Assembly: GCF_009914755.1 (NCBI RefSeq)
Contig: NC_060931.1
Source: the human T2T-CHM13v2.0 reference genome, Homo sapiens
Reading direction: 5' to 3' (one strand)
DNA: 64,000 bases
In this document: positions 30,053-43,970 of the stretch, piece after piece
How the letters are laid out: every line of letters starts with the position of its first letter
Position numbering within the stretch: position 1 is the first letter of the stretch
Made by a program: the position numbers and the translations under genes
The notes under the pieces: model-generated
Told to the model about the DNA's origin: nothing
The model's database searches: none
The model's input: the letters and a program-made list of their open reading frames with translations, nothing else

Positions 30053-33000
30053 TCTGCAGGTTTCTTCTTGTTAGTTGGATTTCTGCTTTGTTCTTCGAAT
30101 AGAAGGTGCTAGAGGGAGATGGAAGACAGGAGGAGAGAAGGGATTTTTCCCTTCCAGAGTCCCAGCAACAACCCTTAACCCAACAGCAACTTTTGCTTCT
30201 GGTCTTCAATTCCTGTCATCCTCCTAAAGGGTTTCATGTACCTCCCCATAAGAACTGGCACAGTTGGCAGCATTCTTCCTCAGAGGACTAAGCTCTACCT
30301 CTGGTACTTAGAGGAAAGATCAGAGATCAGAACAATATGTTTGGAAAAGAACAGTAGGAAGGAAAACAATGCATGAAAAATATTCAGTTAAAATATTCAG
30401 TAAGTTTAATATGTAAAAAATACTCAGCACGGTGTTTGGCATGTAGTAATAAATGTGAATAAGTGTGACCAATTATTATACAGCAGAGGCTCAGCTTCTG
30501 TTAGTCATCTATAGAGGTTTTCCTTACATAGCTTTTAATGCATTATGATATACATTAGGAGGTAATGTATCAACCAAAAGGGGGTTTGACTTTTTAATTG
30601 AATAATGTCAAATTAACATAGTATGAATGTTTGCTTATTTTGTAGACCATTAAGCTATTTGCTATTTGTTATGCTCTCCCTTAGTCTTTGTTTATCAAAT
30701 CACATGTTTATTTTTTCTGACCCTTTATAAACTATTTTAGAACAGTCCTTTATTCTTATAATTTTTTAGTGCTTTCTAAAATGCTGCTTACATACAATAA
30801 TAAATGTACTTATTTGAATTATGGTAAGACTTCATACTCATATCATGTATTTTATGAGTGTATTTCCAAAACTTCTGCATGAATTACTTACGTTTTACAG
30901 CAGAACTAGTTACAAAAGTAAATGCTAATACTTCCATTCTACAGATTTTTAAAAATTAAGTACAGAAGTGGAAAATGATTTTTTAAAAGGCAAAGGATAG
31001 TCAAAGGAGCAGGGCTTCATTATGGAGGCACATTGAACATTGGCTACCCAAAAATCAACTTTTCAGTTGATTTTTTCAACCATCACATTTTCTGAATTTT
31101 CAAACAAAAAATAGTTGGAAGGGGAAACAAATGTGTTCATCACATATCAGACTACTCATATGATCCCAGCTGAGAAGAACCAAGACTCCAAAAGATACCT
31201 GCACTGAGACTGGTTAACCATGTGAAGCCTTAGAAGCACTGGCAAAGTGGCAGTCAGTGAAGAAGAAAGAGGAAAAGACAATAGAAGAAAAGGGAGAAGG
31301 CTGACAGGTCAGCAACAGTGGCAGAGATAATATTTCTTAGAAACAACAGTGAGTAAACAACATTAAATAAGAGCAAATACTTGTCATTGGGGATTTGGGA
31401 AAACTTTGAATCAGGCCGGACAAGTTCTAGAGACTTAGCTAACTCTTCAAGAGATCCAAATCTCAAGTCAGAGAGCAGGTTCAGGCAGGGTGGCAGTTGG
31501 TGTCTGACAGTATAACTATCAATGAAGGCTGCTACAAGAAGGGAGAATGAGTGTCAATGGGGTCCAGGAAGAGTCGGGGCAGGTCTGGGCAGGCCAACTG
31601 TCAGCAGTACAGATTTTAATCAGCCAGAAGGACCTGGGTGTAGTGGCAGGGTGCCTATTACAGAAATGATCAATGCCTGGTAGATACAGGTGCTCATAGA
31701 ATGTTTGCAGGGCTTGATAACTTGATATGATTTACTTTTTTAGAGCAAAAACCAGCAGCAAGGTTGGATTGATTACAGTTACCATATGACCTGTTGGGAT
31801 TAGATATAAACTTTTGGTCCTAATGGAGAAGAACCTGTCATTATAAGGCTAAGTGAGGTTGTCTTTAAATGTTTGGGATGCAAAGGCTAGAAATGTTCAT
31901 TCTAAGAATGAAACATAAAAAAGAAAAAAAGACTTGTAATTTAGTGATCACTTGAGAATGGAAGAAAATGACAAACAGCTACCTGTCCTTTAATGTTACA
32001 CCATCTCTACAGTGACAAGCTAAGTACCCACATATATGGTGGCATGTTTGAGAGGTATGCAAGGGCAGCACAATCAAAACAAATGTAGTTTAGAAGCCTC
32101 CCTCTAAGATCTGTTTACAGGAGGAGGGGAGAAAGAAGTTTCCAAATCTACCTGCTTAAAGTGTTACAGATAGATCCGATTGCTTAGTTCTCCCTCTAAT
32201 CCACAAAAGTGTCTGCTATATACAAAAATATACTAATTTTAGAGAAAAATATGAATATTTGCATTTGACTTCAAAAGAAAGTTTGCTAAAATATTTACAG
32301 AAGAGGAAAACATTGGTTTATGTACTGAGATTGTTTCAGTAAAACTCTGCAGATACCTGGTGTTTTAAAACAATTATATAGTACAAACTAGAGCTTCTGG
32401 TTCTTATTCCTTATGATTTATTCTTGGTAAATGACTTGAGAATGCTTTTAATTCCACCTTAATGGTTATTTAAAACATTTTAAAAATTAGAGGCATAAAA
32501 ATGCTGCTGACTGGATGTGTACTTTATAATACATAATTTGGGGTGTCCAATATGGACTCAGAGTTAAAAGAGTAGACATAATTATTAAACATGATCCACA
32601 GACATAGGTTGAAGGGACCTTTCTGTTTCTATGGGAACAGTCCTGTGCTCCATATTCCAGCTGGTTCCAGTGGTGCTGTTAAGCAAAGACTCTTCCTGGA
32701 TGTCAGCACAGGAATGATCATGAGTCTCAAGCCTTTCATGAGGACCTCATTCCTATGGCAAGTGGGATTGGTTCACTGCTAGGGAATGAGACTCAAACAA
32801 GATCAACCAAAGTGATTTCCAGGAATGGAGACAGTATTTATCTTCCTACTAGAGTCACTGAAACAGGAGGAAATGATCTGGGATTGCTAGCCTTCATCTT
32901 CTCCTGTCATCAAGCAGCAGCATATCTGGATCTGGGGGAATGAGGCTCACATGATTAAAATAAAATAAAATAAAAAGCAAAAGTACAGCAAAGAGAGGGA

Positions 33001-33454
33001 CAAGATGGAGAAGGCAGTCATGCCAGAGTACACAAATATAAGATGAATATGAGTTGTATCTCTGGAAAAGCCTGATCAGACATGAGACTGTTTCTGTAAC
33101 TAATTAGACTAGTATTTCTTTCATAAACCAAACTTTCGAAAGCAGAAGATCCAAATTACTTATATTTTATGAGGATTAGTTTGGGATTATCAAATATTGA
33201 CATGAGCACAGGACTAGAAGGCTAGGAAAATCTGGCAAGCCTTTTTTTCATTGTTGTTAGCAATTGTTTCATTGTTGTTAGCAAATCTGTTGTTAGCAGA
33301 TATTGTGGTACTTTATTCATAAATCTGGCATATTTACAAAAAAAGGTTTAAAATCTTTTAGCTTAATGTGTACTTCAGAAATATGCATTATATAGTAAAA
33401 TTTTAAAATAGTCTGTACATTAAAAAATTCTTATAAAGTTAACATCCATGACAG

Positions 33455-33820
33455 AGATAGTTGCCACTCACCAAATAGCAGTGTGTATTAGGCCCTCCTT
33501 CCCCAGGTCTCATGTAGACAGGGGAGTTGTGTAGCTAGGTCACACCAGTGACATCTGAGCAGAAGTGGCATCTATCACTTACGGGCTGAGGCATTCAAGA
33601 GCCACTGTTTGATTCTCTAGCTCTCTGCTTTCACCTTCCAGATGGAAGCATTTCTCATTGCCCATTGATCACATGAAGGATGTGGCTCTGGAAGGTCTCC
33701 TAATTCACCGCAGTCTTTGCATGAATTAAAACAAACAAAAAATAACTTCTGTTCTTACGAGCCACTGAGAATTAGGGGTTGTTCTGTTACCCCTTCACTA
33801 ACAGTCTATCTTCACTAATA
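33455..33820 (+). mobile_element. Old MLT1 LTR (MLT1I/J-like)
   Basis: tgagcagaagtggcat...gggctgaggcatt...gccactgagaattaggggttgttctgttac...cttcactaata. Confidence 0.55.
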
Positions 33821-34278
33821 TTTTCCTTTTTATTGCCCATCTCATTTTTCTCATGGAGTTTGGTTTGATAATATCTGGGTGAGACACTTTCAAAAGCCAT
33901 TTTGGAAATGTACACGTGATTTACAGACACTCTATTTTCACAGAATCATATGTCTTTATAATTATCAAATGTTTTATAATGACTGACTAGTCAAGATGTG
34001 CATATTACATTTTAACAAGATACAGCCCCTTATTAAATGTAAAAGAAAACATTTTAAAATTCACTATTAGTTTCCTATTCTCATATTAATTCAGTGTTTC
34101 ATCTGTTATTATAAGTCAAAATGTCCTTCCTTGAAAACATGGACTTTTTCTACTGATTTATTTATTTCCTATTTTCTACATTTATGGTGATAATGTGTAT
34201 GTATGGTGCCAGTGTACTGATGACTTTGCTGATGACTTTTAATTTTTTATGTATCAATAGACATATAAAATGAGAACT

Positions 34279-34416
34279 TAAAACCTATCTACTGGGTACT
34301 ATGCCTATTACCTGAGTGGTGAAATAATCTGTCTACCAAACCCCCATGACACACAATTTACCTATATAACAAACCTGCACATGTGCCCCTGAACCCAAAA
34401 TAAAAGTTTTTAAAAA
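34279..34416 (+). mobile_element. Short 3' end of an older primate L1 (L1PA13-16-like)
   Basis: gggtactatgcctattacctgagtggtgaaataatctgt...aacaaacctgcacatgtgcccctgaacccaaaataaaag. Confidence 0.8.
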
Positions 34417-35426
34417 TTACATCTTTAATCAATCAATGCACCAGTTATTTTTCAATTTTTCTGCTAAAATCACATATGCTGGTGATAAAAATAAATGAAT
34501 ATATGACATTAATTGATTGCCCCTGAATATTTTTTCCAGTAACATATTTACCAGTGTTTACACAGGATAATCATGATTGGGTGCCCCAAATTTTACAACA
34601 GTGCTCTGAAAAAGAGCTTCTTGCCCACTAATTTCCAAATAACTAAATTTTTATTACTAACTATAATACAAAATATCAAAATCACAAGTTAACAAGCATG
34701 AATAACTGGTAGTGGAGCCAAGTTATAGAGGTTTTTCATTCCAAGAAGGAAAAATGGAGGGCTTCAATTGCACAGTTGGAGTCATTCTTCAGTTTCAAGT
34801 GTTCAAAGTGGAATAGTGAACAGAAGAAGCAATTCTTGTCACCAATTAGGCTACATATTGACGGATGCAAGCAAACCTTCACTAGGACTAAAATGGATTT
34901 GGTGTATAAGCAGACTTATAGACATATAAAAACCACAACAGTTCTGCGTTCCTTCTTGCAACACCCAAATTTACTTTAGTGTCTTAATTCTGTAGGCTTA
35001 TAATAAATCTAACCACTAATTAACATGAACACTAATTAGAATGGCCCCAAGTTAATACCTTAAGTATCTTCTCGAATAGACAGACTTTAGCTCTTTCCAT
35101 GGATTTCTTACAGAATGTATAAATTCATAAGTGTTTTGCCCCCATTTACACATCCCCAATCTAAAAATGGTCCTTACTCAATGAAGGCTAATTCAGACAA
35201 GTGGTGGCCAGAGAACTCCTCAGAATCTAGGACAAGAACTGAGGTTCCCCAAACTAAATGGAGCAAGAAAGGAGCAATTGCTCTGCAAACTACTTTTACC
35301 TGTACATAGTTGAAGGTAAATAAAGTCCTAACAAGGAAAATTGAGGTAAACAAACCTTAGGTCCAGTCTGCCCTTTCTAGATGTCTCCTGCCCCGCTTTA
35401 TATAATTTTTAGAAGTTTTAATCTGC

Positions 35427-36080
35427 TTTTTAAGAACAGCTTGTTGAAGTATAATTGTCAAATAAAAACTGCATATATTCAAGGTGTAAAACTTGACATC
35501 TTGATATAGATATACGTTTTGAAATGATCACCGCAATTTAGCTAATTAACATATCCATCACCTAACATATTTAATATTTTCTCTTTTTTATTCCTGTGGT
35601 GAGAACACTTAAGATCTACGCTCTTAGAAAATTTCAAGTATATAATAGGTGTTGCTAACTATATTCACCATGCTGTACATTAGGGGTCAAGAACTTATCT
35701 TGCATAACTGAAACTTCGCATCTTTTGCCCTGTCTCCCCATTCCTCTCCTCCTCCTAGCCCCTGTCAACCACCATGCTACTCTCTGCTTCTTTCAGTCTG
35801 ACTATTTTCTATTCCACATATAAGTGAGATCATACAGTATTTGTCTTTCTGTGTCTGGCTTATTTCACTTAGCATAGTATCCTCCAGGTTCATCTAACAT
35901 TGTTGCAAATGGCAGGCTTTTCTTCTTTTTTAAGGCTGGATAAAATTCCACTGCGTATATGTGTATACACACGTATGATTGTGTGTGTGTGTGTAGACAT
36001 ACGTGTATCTACACACACACACATATATATGTCACATTTTGTTTATCCACTCATCCATCAGTGAGCATTTAGGTTTTCCC
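35427..36080 (-). mobile_element. L1MA-type 3'UTR containing a TG/CA palindromic microsatellite
   Basis: gtggtgagaacacttaagatctac...ttccacatataagtgagatcatacagtatttgtctttctgtgtctggcttatttcacttagcat. Confidence 0.82.
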
Positions 36081-36276
36081 TACATGACTTTATGATGCTT
36101 CTTTCAAATGTACTCCCTACAAAACTCTTACCTTCACGATGTGGACATTAGATCTACTGCCTATTCTGACTGCAAACTTCCAGAAGGGACTATTCTTTCC
36201 CAGAAAACCCCTTCCCACCTCTGAAAATTATACTCATCATTTAAGCCTCAATAATTTATTCAATAAACATTTCCTC

Positions 36277-36593
<317 letters not shown>

Positions 36594-36757
36594 CTAGGCA
36601 ACAGGATATGTATGTAACTGAAAGGCAACTCTTCCCTTCAAGGAAATAACAATCTAGGGGTGAAGACACAGATGCAAACTGATATGTAAAATAAAATGCA
36701 GTAAATTACATAGGCAGGGCATACAAAATATGTCACAGATATGCAAGGAGAGGGCAT

Positions 36758-36976
36758 ATCTAAAGAGGCTCTCAATGAAGCCTTCCAAATCACCTACAGC
36801 CAAATAAGTGGTCCTCCTACTTTTACTTTCCGCAAGTAATTTTCTCGTGGCAATATGCTTTCTTGTGGCAATCTAAAGAGGCTCTCAATGAAGCCTTCCA
36901 AATCACCTACAGCCAAATAAGTGGTCCTCCTACTTTTACTTTCCGCAAGTAATTTTCTTGTGGCAATATGCTTTCT
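36758..36976 (+). repeat. Near-perfect tandem duplication (2 x 106 bp, period 113)
   Basis: 36758-36863 equals 36871-36976 except C36846 versus T36959; 7-nt junction tgtggca. Confidence 0.97.
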
Positions 36977-36989
36977 GATAAAGAAATGA

Positions 36990-37207
36990 TGTCAGAAGCC
37001 AGACAGCATGTCTTCAAATCCCAGCTCTGTCACTCACCTATCTTTGTGACCTCAGGCAAATCACCTCCTTTCTGGAGATGTCAATTTATCTATCTCATTT
37101 ATAAAATTGAATAAAAATAGCACGTCTTATGGTGTCAGTGTGAGGATGAACTTGTGTCATGAACAGCAGTGTCTGGCACTTAGTAATTACTTAACAAATA
37201 TTGGCTA
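36990..37207 (+). mobile_element. MIR
   Basis: gccagacag...ttcaaatcccagctctgtcact...tgtgacctcaggcaaatcac...gtgtctggcacttagtaa. Confidence 0.7.
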
Positions 37208-37926
37208 CAAATATATCATTTTTCTCATCTACAATCAATTAGAGTTTGTTATTAGCATAACTATGACCTGTAATAAATTATAATTTCTTTGGGTGAATTT
37301 ATCCATATTGCCAAATTGCAAAAAGTAGAGCTTTAATAATTGATTCTTTACTGGTACTTTTTTCTGTCTAAACTCCTGAAGTCTTCTCTTTCTCTGAAAT
37401 CTAATTTGTATTTGCCTTTCACTATTGGCAACATTAAAGTATCAACTTCCCTTTGATGAAGGTCCGCAGCCCAGGGCCTGAATGGAACATCTGCTCTTAT
37501 TAACAATTCCTTCTTTTTCGAGCTTGTCTATTCTTTTAGAGCAACTTGGCCCTAAATACCCCCTAACACCTCATCTTCAACCCTAATTCCCTGTATGGCC
37601 CTCCCCCAAGTTTTCCATGACTTCAGTCTGTTCAACAACAACTCCATTTCTATTAGTCCAATCATCTCTGGGGTCTGGGTTCTCTCTCTCCCCATCCCCT
37701 CTGTTCATTTCGAAACCCTCTATGTTTCCACTGTTTTACTCAAAGTAATGAGTAAGTACCTGCACTGGCAGGACAAGTATAGAACGTCAACAAGTGAAGA
37801 TGTTCAATAAACCCTCATCATAGAGTATTCATTAATTATGATTGAAGAAGTAATCTACACCTCCAACTTCAGCTTCTGGCCTAAATTACATTTTTATACC
37901 TTTGTATATTATATTTTTGTATATTA

Positions 37927-38305
37927 TTATCTCAGTTTGTTTTGTGTTGCTATAATAGAATACCACAGACTGGGTAATTTATCAAAACACACACACACTG
38001 GCACACACACACACACACGCAAACACACATTGATTTCTCACAGTTCTGGGGGGCTGAAAAATCCAAGATCAAAGAGCTGTTATCTTGTAAAGGCCCTCTT
38101 GCTGTGTCATCACATGGTAGAAAGTAGAATGACAAAAGAGAGAGCCCATTCCTAAAAGCCCATTTAAAAATGATATTCCTCCATTCATGAGGATGGAACC
38201 TCATGACCTAAACACCTCCCATGAGGCCCCACATCCCAATACTGTTACTTTGGCAATTAAATCTCAACATGAGTTTTGGAGGTGACAAACATTCCAACCA
38301 TGGCA
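37927..38305 (-). mobile_element. MST (MaLR) solo LTR with internal (CA)n
   Basis: gttgctataatagaataccacagactgggtaattta...ctcatgacctaaacacctccc...tcaacatgagttttggagg. Confidence 0.8.
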
Positions 38306-39284
38306 ACAATAAATGAATGAGATTTGTTTTAGTGCAGTAAAATTATTTGTTGTATTTTTCAGTAATATTTAGAGAAAAGCTTATTTCAGCAGAAGCAATA
38401 AATGTGTTATAAATGATCCTTCCAAACATTTATACTTATAATTGTCAAGCACAGCCATCTAATAAGAGTTGAAAGGTAAATTAGTTAGGAAAACTGGGTT
38501 GCCTCTCAAATAAATAATCTAGCATGTGTTTTGAAGAATGAATGACGTATATAAGGAAGAGTTTAGAGGAACTTTTCAATCCTAGAATGGCATAAAATAT
38601 ATGAAGCTCTGTCACACTTCATAAATCAGTACTGTTAGTAGATCCATGTCAGACAGCAACTGTGTTTGCAAGTACCAACGTAATTATAAATGGAGGGCAT
38701 CACCAGGAGTGGTTCTACACAGATCTGACCCAGGTGATTTACAAAAAGGTTGTCTCTCCATAACATATACTTGGATGCAGTCACTTACATTTGCTAATTG
38801 CTACTGTTTCCTAATTATTCCTGGGAGCAAGAGGGACAAATGATGCCCAGAATAAATTTGAAAAGCATATTGGAACTCTGAAGACAGGGGCAGAAAAGTG
38901 AATATTTTAGGATAAACATTTTTAACACCTTTTTCTTCCAAAAAGTGTTAAATTTTCAATATGGTTAAAATATCGAAATAGGTAGGTTATTGCTGCAAGA
39001 GAATGGTTGGCTGCATAGCTAATATCACATAGTGGAATTTTGACTTCTGGGATGTGGCTTATGACACCAGAAAGACAGACACTTGAGGCAATAAAGGTCA
39101 TTATTTTTGAGATTCAGAAACTATATATTTGTCCAGGTAATGGCTGATACGCACATAAATAAATTGAACGTGGAGAGGAGTGATGAATAAAAGCCCACAT
39201 TCAGTTGTGAAATAAATTACAAATTGAGCACATTATGAAGACAAATACACTGTAGAAAGCACGTTAAAACAAAGTAATAATAAA

Positions 39285-39500
39285 AGTATTATTACAAATC
39301 AGTGAATGATTACTATATCCCAGGCACTTGAAGGTATCTGATTCAATGCCCCAGTATCCCTTTGAGGTAGGTAATTATCACCTCCAATTACACAGATTTT
39401 TTAAAATGAGGCTTAATTGATTTAAATCTTGCTAAAATTCTCAGAGCTAGCAAATGATAGAGATAAAATTTGAAATCAGGACCATCTGATTGCACAGTTC
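39285..39500 (-). mobile_element. MIR remnant
   Basis: ccctttgaggtaggtaattatcacctccaattacacagat...aaatgaggctt...gagctagcaaatgatagag. Confidence 0.55.
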
Positions 39501-40014
39501 ATCATGATACCTAGACATTTAGGAGAAAATATTGGAGAAATGGGCAGGAAAAGTCCTAAATGACCTCAGACACCTCTACACATAGGACATAGGTAATAAA
39601 TAAAATAAAATTGTGATGATAACAGGTGAGAAATAGAACTTCATAGATGCAAATAAGATCTGAAAAATAGGACAATTATTCCCATTGTTGTCATTCCGGC
39701 AATACCAGAAGAGGAAGCTTTAAGCACATACACACACATGCACACATGATGTCTATTAGAAAGAAAGGTAAAATTGTCTGCAAGTCCAGATGACATGCAC
39801 CTGTAGCAATACTGAGTTCCCTCTGGGAAGGATATGAATGAGGTATTCCCAACATGGTCACAAAGTTGCGGCATGCTTTTAATCTATAGCTGCACATTTC
39901 TTTTGGCAGAAAGAAGACTCTTCTAAGTTCTTCCCTAAATAATACAGCAATATTTTATGAGCTTTAAAAAAGTATACAAATGACATTGGACACTATCCAT
40001 GGCTCAGCAGAAGT

Positions 40015-40615
40015 ACACTTTAAAGACACATAGGTTTTAGCAAAAAAAAAAAAAAATGAACTCAATATGATTTAAGAGTTGATATGGCTTCCAAATAAAA
40101 GATGATGTGATGTGATCGTAGTAATCATTAAGAGATCTATCTAATCTAGTTCCCTGAGAGAACTGACCTGTGCTAGTCCAATATCTCTTGGCATACTCTG
40201 CTTCATTCTTGTCAAAGATTTCAAGAGGGATTTATTGAACATTTAAAATGAAAAAAACCAGAATATCTGAAGGACTTTTGAAGGAAATAAGCATGTTTAA
40301 AGTGAAAATAAATTTCAAAGAACCATGGTGGCTACCCTCAAATATGTAAAGAATTGATTGATTGCCACGTGGAAGAGGGTTAGAATTTTTTATGGCTCCA
40401 TTTGGTATATTTAAAAAGAGATATATTTTAACTTGACTTAAGGAGCAACTTAGAGTCACTGCTGCCAACTATGTTATACATTAGCTTGGAAGATAAAGAG
40501 CTTCTAGTTACTGGAGGCATTTAGGCATCATCTGAACTGATGCATTGGTTAGCATCACTTTTTAGTGAGTAATTGGACTCAGTGTCTTTTAAGAGCTCTC
40601 TCAGTGCTGACACTG
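40015..40615 (+). mobile_element. L3/CR1 LINE remnant
   Basis: Degenerate CR1-like motifs: tcaaatatgtaaag...tgccacgtggaagaggg, ttactggaggcatttaggca, ttggactcagtgtcttttaagagctctctcag. Confidence 0.5.
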
Positions 40616-43600
40616 TACTCTGCACATATTCCTTCACTGCCCTCCATGTGACATTGGCACATATTTGTGAAATATTTTGACCAAAATTAGAAGTAAGTCT
40701 TTAGAGATAACTAGCTTGAGGGCTTGCAATAGAGCTACATGGAGATTTAATCAGTGGCCTTGGACTCATTAGCGCCACATCCTCCAAACCTGGCTCTTAC
40801 ATAGTCATGGTCAAAGTGTGTTGGTGAAGCAGACAGGTAAGAAGCCATCTGAAGATATTCTTACAATTCATACTCATCTACATATTGAGAAGTCTGCCTT
40901 TTCTTTTTCTCTATGGAGATATCTATAAGCAGGTAGTGGGTTGTAGGGAGATCAGTACTGCCAGTAGCAGCTATCCCATGGTCTTCACATAGTTGGGAGA
41001 CTCACTAAGACGAAGCTCAGTGAAAATTTCAGGGCTGTGCTGTTTATTATGGTCTGCTATGGTATGATCACCCACCACTTCTGGTTTACACCTATATCAA
41101 ATTCCAACAGCTGCTGAGCCTGAGTAAGTCATAAATATAATGAACTTTGACATGACTGAAGGAAAGTTAATTTGAATTATATCATCTCAGCAATACATCT
41201 CCTTGAGAATTTTAGAATAAAAACATCCTCAACAAATCTATAGACAACATGGCAATTTTATATACCTCTTGTGGTTTTCAAATCATTCTTCCCTCCAAGG
41301 CCAATTGTGATGAGGGTGACTCTATGGGTTATGTCTTTTATTCCATTGAAGGCAAGTTATCATAAGGCTAGTTACCAGAGGAAAGTTACCACCAAGGAGA
41401 TGAAGAGCATGTGCTTCAATGAATGACTGTGTTAACAGTGTGTTAATCAGAACAAGTACTAGGAAAAGTGGGAATTTAAATGTGGCACAAAGGCCAAGGC
41501 ATGCACCAATGTAAATTTAGAAAACTGTCGAGAAAATATGTATGGTTACTGCTGGAAATAATTCTTCAGCCAATTTGGTAAAACTCTAAGTGTTAAAGTG
41601 ATGAGAGATCCAATGGGAAATCTCTAGAGTTTGGCTGTGAGTTATAAAGTTCATAAGAATGCCAAAAAGGCCAAAGAAAAAATAAAAGTAAAATAAATTA
41701 GTTGCAAAATCATATGTGGGGTTGGATCTAAAGGAAAGTTGAACACATAGAAGACTGAGTTAAAACAAACTTTTAAGTCCTGAAAAGGCAGAGAATTAGC
41801 CGGTGTAGGAAGCTGAGTCTCAAAATTAAGGATCTTGATAACTCTATGGAAACAAAAAGTTAAGAAAGGCATTTTCTGCTTATAGATTAATAACCAGTAT
41901 TGGAGGAGAGAAACATAGCAATTCAGATCTGTTTCCCTTCTCCCCCAGCAGAGAGGATGAAAATTGGCCATTGTGTATACCTCCCCAGACTCACTGTATA
42001 CCTCCCCAGAGGAAGTTAGAGAATAAGATTGACCTGATCAACTGGTATATTCAGCTATGGCTGGAAAGAGAGAGTTCCCAGGCAATCCCATTATTAACTG
42101 TGCTGGTGGCTACTTTGTGCAGATTCCCTATAGGCTCAGAACAGACCTCCATATTATTCCCTGATAGTCTGATTCAAATGAGATCCCATATTTCCTGGTA
42201 GGAGAACATGGTTAACAAGGTGCCGTATGCCAGTCTGAGCCACACTCTCGACACCTGACCTCTCAACAAATGGTGCTGCAGCCTCTTGTGGCCTCCCCGT
42301 TATTGCTCACACCATCAATCCCTCTGTGGTATAAAACGGAACCATCCAGTATGTGCTCCAAATCCTAGGCTGTGACTCTGCCTGATGCCCCCAGCTTGGG
42401 ATACAAACTCCACAGACATCATAATCTACAGCTGAAACACAGGTATAAGAGGCTTTGGACATTTCCAGGCTGCCTCAGCACTCCTTCAAAAGCAAAATCA
42501 AAGAATAAGAAAATGTTTATCCTGACCATCCAAACCATGCATATAAGGTTGAATGGAAAGATTTGGGAATAGTGCTGAGATGAATGACTTGGAATTGCTA
42601 CACCTGCTGGAGTTTATTCCACTCCAAAATGTCTTTATTCCATCAGGAAGGGAACTGCCCTGGAAATAGGTGCTGTTACTGGGGCCATCTCTTAGGCAGG
42701 AAAAAATTCAGACACCAACAAAAGCCAGATTATAGCTCATTGTCTGTGACTTGATAGATTGAAGACAGACCATTATTTTCATGGACCACAACACCAAAAG
42801 CTACAAATGGCAGAGCCAATATATCCTTTTGTTTCAAAATGTCAACTATAAAAAGCCTAGAGTTTTCCTATCATTACCACTTTTCTGGATACCTGTATGT
42901 TTCAGACAATGGAATTATTTTCTCTGTAGGCTTTTAAAAATAAGTCTTTAAAAATTGGTCTAATATGTTGTACCAAAGTCTGTCAATTAAGAAATAAAGC
43001 TCTTGTTTTTAAAAAAAAAGAGTCATGGAAACAATTTCTAAAATCCATATGCTTTAAAACCTGCAGTAAGATCATATTGTTTAGAATGAATGTGTGTGGT
43101 CTTCTTACCTGACCCTTCGGGTATTTTTTTTTTAAGAATCCCAGGACAAGCATGTGTAGTGATAAAAACAGCAAACACTACACGGATATTTCACCAAAGG
43201 CTGGTGAAACTCAGGATAGTTAAACTAGATAGCTTTCATTTCCATCACTGGCTCTACCTAATGTTAGTATATTTCTTAAACCAGGACTTCTTAGGAAGTT
43301 CAGTGGGCACTAGCAAATCTGCACAATGCAACTGGAAGAAACTTGTATACATAGCCACTTTCCAGTCTTTGCTAACACCATCAGCACAATGTCAGCTTAT
43401 TTTCCACTTCCGGTTGCTCTACTGTCTGTTATCATCATGTTGACACAGCATACATTTCCCTTCATTATCACCTCTCTCCTTACTTTTATACTTAGGTAAG
43501 TAGGACTGAAGTCAAGTGAAACCTGTTTTTTAGGTTATGAAATAAAGAGAGATTAGAAATACTGAGAACATGGGTAGTAAGAGAAGGAGGACTTAGAGAC

Positions 43601-43839
43601 CTGTTTGTCTATATTAATTCTCCATCAGCCTAAATAGATTAAATACTGATTCCAAATTGATTATAATCAGAGGTGTATACTACCAAACACTGAATTACTC
43701 TCTCTTCATAAATGAAAACTGCCTACATGTAGCTTTTTATCGGAGTTCTTTTTAGGTGTTTCAAGAACAAAATTTTAATCACAGGTTCTAAAAAGAAACA
43801 AAGTAGAGAGAACAGAGTCAGCCTCATTTGTGCAATCAT

Positions 43840-43970
43840 GCATTTGTTCATTTCTTCAAATAAAATGTCCTGCTTACCTATTATATTGTCAAGCACAGTG
43901 CTGGGTACAGGAAACACAGAGATGAGGAAAATAAGTATCCCAGTGCCTATGGAGATGAGCATTTAGTGAC
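43840..43970 (-). mobile_element. L2 3' fragment
   Basis: tttgttcatttcttcaaataaaat...gtcaagcacagtgctgggtacagga...atcccagtgcctatggag. Confidence 0.55.

Noticed and set aside
41974-42010. 16-bp direct repeat tgtatacctccccaga (similar tiny repeats near 23000, 34216 and 59797)
   Set aside because: Ordinary micro-duplications, too short to support any functional claim.
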